The translations under genes and the position numbers were made by a program. Source: a bacterium (GTDB lineage: Bacteria; UBA10199; 2-02-FULL-44-16; DYJF01). Taken from it: 13,993 nucleotides of DNA. Shown piece by piece: positions 9,716-13,993 of this stretch. The notes under the pieces were generated by a model, which had not been told where the DNA came from, made no database searches, and saw only the letters and a program-made list of their open reading frames with translations. The number at the start of each line of letters is the position of its first letter. Within the stretch, counting starts at the first letter, position 1. The stretch lies in contig JBGSNL010000072.1 in the NCBI GenBank assembly GCA_041739675.1, forward strand, positions 1-13,993, read 5' to 3'.

Positions 9716-10594
9716 ATGTACTCTGGTGGGAGCAATCCAGTCGGGCAAGTAGCCGATAATCCGTACTTCTTTACGGAGGAACCTTTTTCTTCTCCTACAG
9801 CGGAGTGGTCCGCTTCTTCGCATTCAGAGCAAACAGACAGCTTTGCAATTTGCGATCCCTACAAAGTAGCCCGGGAGCTAATGGATCGACCATGGCGATC
9901 CACTAACTATGAAGCATACATGTGCCGGACCGGACAACCCCTTGATGTCTTGCGGGCAATCTTCGAGATAGGTTTCTCCTCTCCCGCCGGATCAGATGCG
10001 CGATGGCGAGCGGTCGCCACGCTCTTCAATGCTTTGACACTCGCGGACCGGAGCGGCCATTTCGAAGAAGCCCTCGCTATCGGCGATTATATAGAGACCT
10101 TGGGCTATGCCATTCACGTGACTGTCCAGCAGGGAATAGACAACGGCGAACCCCGAGAAGTCACATATGAAGTGACAGGTCCAGTCGAGCCGGAAGGGGA
10201 GACTCAACCCCCTCCGCAGGAACAACCTCCCGCAGAGGTCCCCCCTCCCGCACGACGCCGGCCTCCGAGACCGAGGGAGCAAGTTGCAATGGCGCAAGAA
10301 CCTCCGACAACCGATAATTCCCCTAAAAACCAGGAGCCCGTTGCAACCGCACCCGGACAGGAATCTCCAACCGTACCCGAAACAAGCCCCGCGGATTTAC
10401 GGGAGAACGGCGATTCACTGGCATTGGGCTTTGTCACCTTCGATGAAATTTTTGCTGAAACTGCCAATGATGAGCGTACGGCCTTTCTGGCCGAACGTTC
10501 AAAACGGAGAGGGACATTTGCCGCTCCGACTCCTATTGGAGACGACATGGTGGTCGCCCCACTCATTTGCGGATGTTCTGACGGCGAAGACTAG
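9716..10594 (+). CDS. Hypothetical protein, Pro/Glu-rich disordered C-terminal half (292 aa; alternative start 9698)
   Basis: Long ORF with GGGGG SD-like run before ATG 9716. Helical-looking central region followed by PPPQEQPP/PPPARRRPPRP tracts. No family recognised. Confidence 0.7.
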   Translation: MYSGGSNPVGQVADNPYFFTEEPFSSPTAEWSASSHSEQTDSFAICDPYKVARELMDRPWRSTNYEAYMCRTGQPLDVLRAIFEIGFSSPAGSDARWRAVATLFNALTLADRSGHFEEALAIGDYIETLGYAIHVTVQQGIDNGEPREVTYEVTGPVEPEGETQPPPQEQPPAEVPPPARRRPPRPREQVAMAQEPPTTDNSPKNQEPVATAPGQESPTVPETSPADLRENGDSLALGFVTFDEIFAETANDERTAFLAERSKRRGTFAAPTPIGDDMVVAPLICGCSDGED

Positions 10595-10713
10595 AAAACC
10601 GGTCGAACGGCAAAATTCACTTCCCCTTCTTCACCATGTCTGCTCGTCACATCTTGTTTTATGGGCCGCAGCAACCTCTTTCTTCGATAATGATTGCGGC
10701 CTTTGAAGAGTGA

Positions 10714-10977
10714 TCATCGCATTAAACTCCAAAGCATCTTGCTGACCTCTGTCAGGCGATCCTTCACAGAACGTGTTGCCAAAGGCGGCATGACGCCGAA
10801 GGAGGATGCGAGATCAATGCATGCCGAAACTTCCACCGCTGAAGCGCGGGCGATTTCGAAGAAGCGCTTGCGTTCTGTAGCGCTTCTGCGCGCATTGCCT
10901 TCTGCGATATTGAGAACGACTGACGCGATTGCGCGGCGCAACTGATCATATAGATAGCCAAGCCCGCGGGGCCACAT
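10714..10977 (-). CDS. Four-helix-bundle protein (23S rRNA IVP / Avd-like family), N-terminally short, 87 aa
   Basis: Family motifs DQLRRAIASVVLNIAEG and ERKRFFEIARASAVEV. ATG at 10977 has a strong AAGGAGG SD (10983-10989). The usual first helix (FEKLxVYQ type) is missing. Confidence 0.8.
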   Translation of the reverse strand: MWPRGLGYLYDQLRRAIASVVLNIAEGNARRSATERKRFFEIARASAVEVSACIDLASSFGVMPPLATRSVKDRLTEVSKMLWSLMR

Positions 10978-11009
10978 GGCACCCTCCTTGCTTAAAAAAC
11001 CAAGATAAT

Positions 11010-11061
11010 AGAGAAAAGAATCTGAGAACAGAGAACTGAGCAACAGAGCATAGAAAAAAGA
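11010..11061 (+). repeat. Repeat arm X: degenerate GAGAAC(A/T) ~7-mer array, inverted partner of 11378-11429
   Basis: Manual ungapped alignment: 35/40 identities for 11010-11049 vs the reverse complement of 11390-11429, with a perfect 17-bp core GAACTGAGCAACAGAGC (11033-11049 / 11390-11406). Confidence 0.9.
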
Positions 11062-11066
11062 TCAAG

Positions 11067-11105
11067 ATCGCAGTATCATCGCATCTTCATCGCCTTATCA
11101 TCGCA
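11067..11105 (+). repeat. Repeat arm Y: CATCGC units at ~11-bp period, inverted partner of 11446-11496
   Basis: CATCGC at 11077, 11088 and 11099. CATCGCCTTATCATCGCA (11088-11105) is the perfect 18-bp reverse complement of 11446-11463. Confidence 0.9.
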
Positions 11106-11375
11106 TTGAGAGGGTGGCCCAAGGGCCATGGAGACCTTATTGATCAGCTGCGCCGCGCAACAACCTCCACTATTCTCAATCTAGCGGAAGGCAACGGAAA
11201 GCGAAGATACGGACGAGAACGCCGCTGGTTCTTCAGAATCTCGCTCGGTTCAATCGCCGAGGTCGCGGCGGCTCTTGATCTTGCCCGCGCCTTCGGACTT
11301 ATCGAAAGCACGGAGCTTGATTCCCTTAAATCGCGGCTTCGCCTGGCATATGTGCAGATCAGGGCTCTGCCATGA
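11106..11375 (+). CDS. Four-helix-bundle protein (23S rRNA IVP / Avd-like family), 5'-truncated, possibly a pseudogene
   Basis: WPKGHGDLIDQLRRATTSTILNLAEGNG...ERRWFFRISLGSIAEV. Only a TTG start without SD; the frame is open back to a TGA at 11037-11039 with no ATG. Confidence 0.75.
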   Translation: MRGWPKGHGDLIDQLRRATTSTILNLAEGNGKRRYGRERRWFFRISLGSIAEVAAALDLARAFGLIESTELDSLKSRLRLAYVQIRALP

Positions 11376-11377
11376 GC

Positions 11378-11436
11378 TCTGATTTCTTCGCTCTGTTGCT
11401 CAGTTCGCAGTTCTCTGGCTCTTTTCTCTGTTCTCT
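11378..11436 (-). repeat. Repeat arm X' (inverted copy of X), directly after the stop of the second four-helix-bundle gene
   Basis: Minus strand reads GAGAACA GAGAAAA GAGCCA GAGAACT GCGAACT GAGCAACA GAGCGAA. Confidence 0.9.
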
Positions 11437-11445
11437 AACGGTAAC

Positions 11446-11496
11446 TGCGATGATAAGGCGATGCCACAGCGATGAAAAACGATGGAAATGCGATAA
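11446..11496 (-). repeat. Repeat arm Y' (inverted copy of Y)
   Basis: Five (G)CGAT(G) units at 10-11 bp spacing: TGCGATGATAAGGCGATGCCACAGCGATGAAAAACGATGGAAATGCGATAA. Confidence 0.9.
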
Positions 11497-11559
11497 TGTC
11501 TTTTCTGTGAAGAATTTACTTCACCTTGCACACAGCATTTGCTAGTACGCAAACAGTTT

Positions 11560-12915
11560 ATGGCGAAATCCAAGACAGTTTTTTCCTGCCAGAATTGCGG
11601 TGCGCAGAGTCCCAAGTGGATGGGCAAATGCCCCGACTGCGAAAAGTGGAACACGTACGTTGAGGAGACGTTTGAGAGCGCGCCGGCAAGAACGCCCGAA
11701 CTCGATGCATTTTCGACGGCGCCCCAACCTCTCAGTGAGATACAGAGCGATACGGGAAGACACGTCTCAATCGGCATCAATGAACTTGATCGCGTTTTGG
11801 GAAGCGGCTATGTACCGGGCTCCGTTTCACTCATCGGCGGCGATCCCGGGATCGGAAAATCCACAATCATACTGCAGGCACTCTCAGCGGCGGCAAAAAA
11901 TGGCGCGACCTGCCTTTACGTCTCCGGCGAAGAGAGCGCGTCGCAGATCAAGCTGCGCGCAGACAGGATGGGAATAAGAGATTCCAATCTCCTCATCGTG
12001 ACGGAAAATTCGGTCGAAAGGATCCTCGAACACATAAGGAAGGCAAAGCCGCAAGTCGTCGCTGTCGATTCGATACAGACGATGTACACCTCGGAGATTC
12101 AGTCGGCGCCGGGAACGATAAGCCAGATAAGAGATTCCGCCGGCAAGCTCATGTATCTTTCAAAATCCTCCAACGTTGCAATGTTTCTCATCGGTCATGT
12201 GACAAAGGACGGTTCGATTGCGGGGCCGAAGGTCCTGGAGCACATGGTCGATACTGTTTTATATTTTGAAGGAGAGCGCGGCCATCCGTTCAGAATTCTG
12301 CGCACGGTGAAAAACCGTTTCGGCTCTACGAACGAGATCGGCGTCTTTGAGATGACTGGAAAGGGCCTGATGGAAGTTGCAAATCCGTCGAGGATATTTC
12401 TGGCGGAAAGGCCCGCAAGCGTCGCCGGTTCAGTGGTCGTCTCGTCGCTTGAAGGATCGCGCCCGGTTTTGCTTGAAGTTCAGGCGCTCATCTCGGGATC
12501 GGGGCTTACAAATCCCAGGCGCACGGCAATCGGCCTCGATGCAGGACGTGTTGCGCTCCTGGTCGCGGTTCTCGATAAGATCGTCGGCGTTCAACTGGCC
12601 GATCAGGACATTTTCTTAAACGTGGCGGGCGGTATCAAGATTGTAGAAGTTGCATCCGATCTGGGAGTGATTGCCGCAATCAACTCGAGTTTTAGAAACA
12701 AAGCAGTCGATCCGGAAACCATCCTTATTGGAGAAGTCGGCCTCACCGGCGAGGTCCGCGCCGTTCTTGGCTGCGATATACGCCTGAAAGAGGCCGAAAA
12801 GATGGGCTTCAAGCGGGCAATCGTCCCCAAATCCAACCTTAAAGCCAAGATCCCCGCCAAGATGGACGTCATCGGCGTCACATCCGTGGAACAGTGTCTT
12901 GAAACACTATTCTAG
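11560..12915 (+). CDS. radA: DNA repair protein RadA/Sms
   Basis: MAKSKTVFSCQNCG...WMGKCPDC zinc finger, GGDPGIGKST, KNRFG motif, Lon-like C-terminus (GEVGLTGEVR). ATG 11560 is preferred over the TTG at 11539. Confidence 0.98.
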   Translation: MAKSKTVFSCQNCGAQSPKWMGKCPDCEKWNTYVEETFESAPARTPELDAFSTAPQPLSEIQSDTGRHVSIGINELDRVLGSGYVPGSVSLIGGDPGIGKSTIILQALSAAAKNGATCLYVSGEESASQIKLRADRMGIRDSNLLIVTENSVERILEHIRKAKPQVVAVDSIQTMYTSEIQSAPGTISQIRDSAGKLMYLSKSSNVAMFLIGHVTKDGSIAGPKVLEHMVDTVLYFEGERGHPFRILRTVKNRFGSTNEIGVFEMTGKGLMEVANPSRIFLAERPASVAGSVVVSSLEGSRPVLLEVQALISGSGLTNPRRTAIGLDAGRVALLVAVLDKIVGVQLADQDIFLNVAGGIKIVEVASDLGVIAAINSSFRNKAVDPETILIGEVGLTGEVRAVLGCDIRLKEAEKMGFKRAIVPKSNLKAKIPAKMDVIGVTSVEQCLETLF

Positions 12916-12920
12916 ACACT

Positions 12921-12952
12921 AGACCTCAGAGCTACACGAAATAGTGAGGTCT
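12921..12952 (+). terminator. Stem-loop after radA, possible terminator
   Basis: AGACCTCA (12921-12928) / TGAGGTCT (12945-12952). Long loop and only a weak U tail. Confidence 0.35.
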
Positions 12953-12963
12953 TCTGTCCTCAT

Positions 12964-12994
12964 CGGCACCTAATCTTCCAATCCGGCACCTAAT
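12964..12994. promoter_or_regulatory. Direct repeat CGGCACCTAAT x2 (20-bp period), candidate enhancer (UAS) for a sigma54 activator
   Basis: Exact copies at 12964-12974 and 12984-12994, about 110-140 bp upstream of the predicted sigma54 start site. Confidence 0.6.
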
Positions 12995-13016
12995 TTCAAA
13001 GATTATTAATTGAGCA

Positions 13017-13029
13017 TAACTATTTGATT
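13017..13029 (-). promoter_or_regulatory. IHF binding site
   Basis: Minus strand AATCAAATAGTTA is an exact match to WATCAANNNNTTR, in an AT-rich stretch between the direct repeat and the sigma54 element. Confidence 0.65.
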
Positions 13030-13043
13030 TAACGATCTTTTTT

Positions 13044-13076
13044 ACTGATCACCAATCACTGATCACTAATCACTGA
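13044..13076 (+). repeat. Heptamer tandem repeat AC(T/C)(G/A)ATC, ~4.7 copies
   Basis: ACTGATC ACCAATC ACTGATC ACTAATC ACTGA. Confidence 0.85.
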
Positions 13077-13077
13077 A

Positions 13078-13094
13078 TTGGCAGACATCTTGCA
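13078..13094 (+). promoter_or_regulatory. sigma54 (RpoN) -24/-12 promoter
   Basis: TTGGCAGACATCTTGCA with GG (13080-81)-N10-GC (13092-93), close to the TGGCACG-N4-TTGCW consensus. Confidence 0.75.
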
Positions 13095-13118
13095 TTTAAG
13101 TTGGGAGGCGAGGCGACA

Positions 13119-13496
13119 ATGAGCGACATCAATAACTTCAAAAAACAGACGGTCGATCCATTTCGTTCAAACGTTCCCCAGACGGTCGGCGGAACGCACG
13201 GCGAAAGAAGGCTGAAGTCCCAGACGGCCCAGCAAGCGACGCAAACCCCATCTCCGCACACTTATAAAGATCAATTCAAGCGCGGAAGAGAGATACCTCA
13301 CGCTGACCTTTTCGGTTCGAATGCTGATTATAAGGCCAAACTGCGTCAATCCAAGGCCTACAAACCGTACGCGCTGGAAGGCCGTGAGAGCGGCACGATC
13401 TCAAATTTAAGAGAAAATGGATCGAGACCGACAGATGCCCAACTGCTGGGCTTTCTTGAGAAGGTCGCGCCGAGGCAGACAAGATCCGCCCGTTAG
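13119..13496 (+). CDS. Hypothetical protein, 125 aa, hydrophilic and basic
   Basis: ATG 13119 preceded by GGGAGGCGAGG and a sigma54 promoter. Fills the radA-rpmE gap. No family recognised. Confidence 0.72.
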   Translation: MSDINNFKKQTVDPFRSNVPQTVGGTHGERRLKSQTAQQATQTPSPHTYKDQFKRGREIPHADLFGSNADYKAKLRQSKAYKPYALEGRESGTISNLRENGSRPTDAQLLGFLEKVAPRQTRSAR

Positions 13497-13560
13497 CCAC
13501 CCTTTAATATCTCCTTTGAATATCTCCTTGAATACCCTGCTCTATTGTGCTAGCAGTTCC

Positions 13561-13603
13561 GCCCGCCTGCCACGCGAGCCTGCGTCTCGCAGGCAAGGCG
13601 GGC
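13561..13603. repeat. GC-rich nested palindrome (REP-like) upstream of rpmE
   Basis: Outer arms GCCCGCCT (13561-68) / AGGCGGGC (13596-603). Inner GCCTGCG-TCT-CGCAGGC (13578-13594). Confidence 0.7.
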
Positions 13604-13626
13604 AGGCCACTTTTGGAGGAACTTAT

Positions 13627-13851
13627 ATGAAGGAGAAAATCCACCCCATTCTCAAGGACGTGACGATCACATGCGCGTGCGGAAACCAGATTAAGACGGT
13701 ATCCACGGCCGGCAAGGATTTCACAGTCGATATCTGCTCCACTTGCCATCCATTCTTCACCGGCAAGCAGCGCATCGTCGACTCCACCGGACGCGTCGAG
13801 AGGTTCCAGAAGCGCTACGCGAAAAAGGCCACGACCAATTCAAAGCAGTAG
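13627..13851 (+). CDS. rpmE: 50S ribosomal protein L31 (zinc-binding type A)
   Basis: MKEKIHP...CACGN...[30 protein letters not shown], with GGAGG SD before ATG 13627. Confidence 0.98.
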   Translation: MKEKIHPILKDVTITCACGNQIKTVSTAGKDFTVDICSTCHPFFTGKQRIVDSTGRVERFQKRYAKKATTNSKQ

Positions 13852-13873
13852 CTACGCATCGCCCAGTAATCTT

Positions 13874-13912
13874 AATGCCCAAGGGAGATACCTTCCCGAG
13901 GGCATTCTTTTT
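13874..13912 (+). terminator. Intrinsic terminator/attenuator between rpmE and prfA
   Basis: AATGCCC (13874-80) ... GGGCATT (13900-06) with inner GGGA/TCCC pairing, followed by CTTTTT. Confidence 0.65.
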
Positions 13913-13920
13913 GGAGACTT

Positions 13921-13992
13921 ATGTTTGCAAAACTGGACAATGTTGAAAAAAAATTCGAGGAGCTGACGAGGCAGGTGTCCGATCCTGCTGTC
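13921..13992 (+). CDS. prfA: Peptide chain release factor 1, N-terminal fragment (runs off the window)
   Basis: MFAKLDNVEKKFEELTRQVSDPAV matches the RF1 N-terminus pattern. GGAG SD, and the usual position downstream of rpmE. Confidence 0.85.
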   Translation, partial: MFAKLDNVEKKFEELTRQVSDPAV

Positions 13993-13993
13993 G

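Noticed and set aside
10664..10701. GGCCGCA/TGCGGCC stem between the convergent genes as a terminator
   Set aside because: Only 7 bp with a 24-nt loop and short T runs; too weak to call.
10714..11375. 23S rRNA intervening sequence
   Set aside because: No rRNA sequence flanks the genes; the neighbours are protein-coding.
10714..11496. Diversity-generating retroelement suggested by the Avd-like proteins
   Set aside because: No reverse transcriptase in the window and no ~100-bp TR/VR pair differing at adenines was seen. The repeats are short and inverted.
11010..11496. CRISPR array or classical IS element
   Set aside because: No constant repeats with unique ~30-bp spacers, no cas genes and no transposase ORF. 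The IR pairs are crossed rather than terminal.
11538..11553. TTTGC-N6-GCAAA palindrome before radA as an SOS-type operator
   Set aside because: Only 5-bp arms, no second copy found upstream of recA or pgpA, and it matches no LexA box I can name.
11400..11780. 126-aa minus-strand ORF as the missing N-terminus of four-helix-bundle gene 1
   Set aside because: Mostly antisense to radA. The remainder is repeat-derived and shows no clear family helix-1 motif.
13417..13626. 70-aa N-terminal extension of L31 in the ORF track
   Set aside because: L31 homology and a GGAGG SD place the start at 13627. The extension overlaps the upstream gene and translates the palindrome.

Overview
Window from a bacterium of moderate GC content whose gene content and order look deltaproteobacterial (inference, not a taxonomic call). 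The left half is a minus-strand housekeeping operon, pgpA-cinA-thpR-recA-alaS-efp-GT2 glycosyltransferase; it has no recX, and its EF-P has Asn at the loop tip. The right end carries radA, rpmE and the start of prfA. Three orphan plus-strand genes with no obvious signal peptide lie among these conserved genes. Two of them (an 828-aa metallophosphoesterase with a hydrophobic tail, and a ~292-aa Pro-rich protein) share a sigma28-like promoter, GCAACT-N13/14-GCCGATAA. The third (125 aa) has a complete sigma54 architecture: tandem upstream repeat, exact IHF consensus and -24/-12 element. Between the second orphan and radA are two head-to-head, N-terminally shortened four-helix-bundle (23S-IVP/Avd-like) genes. 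They are embedded in two interlocking inverted-repeat families, one with ~7-bp and one with ~11-bp periodicity, ordered X-Y-gene-X'-Y'. Two REP-like palindromes sit in intergenic spaces.
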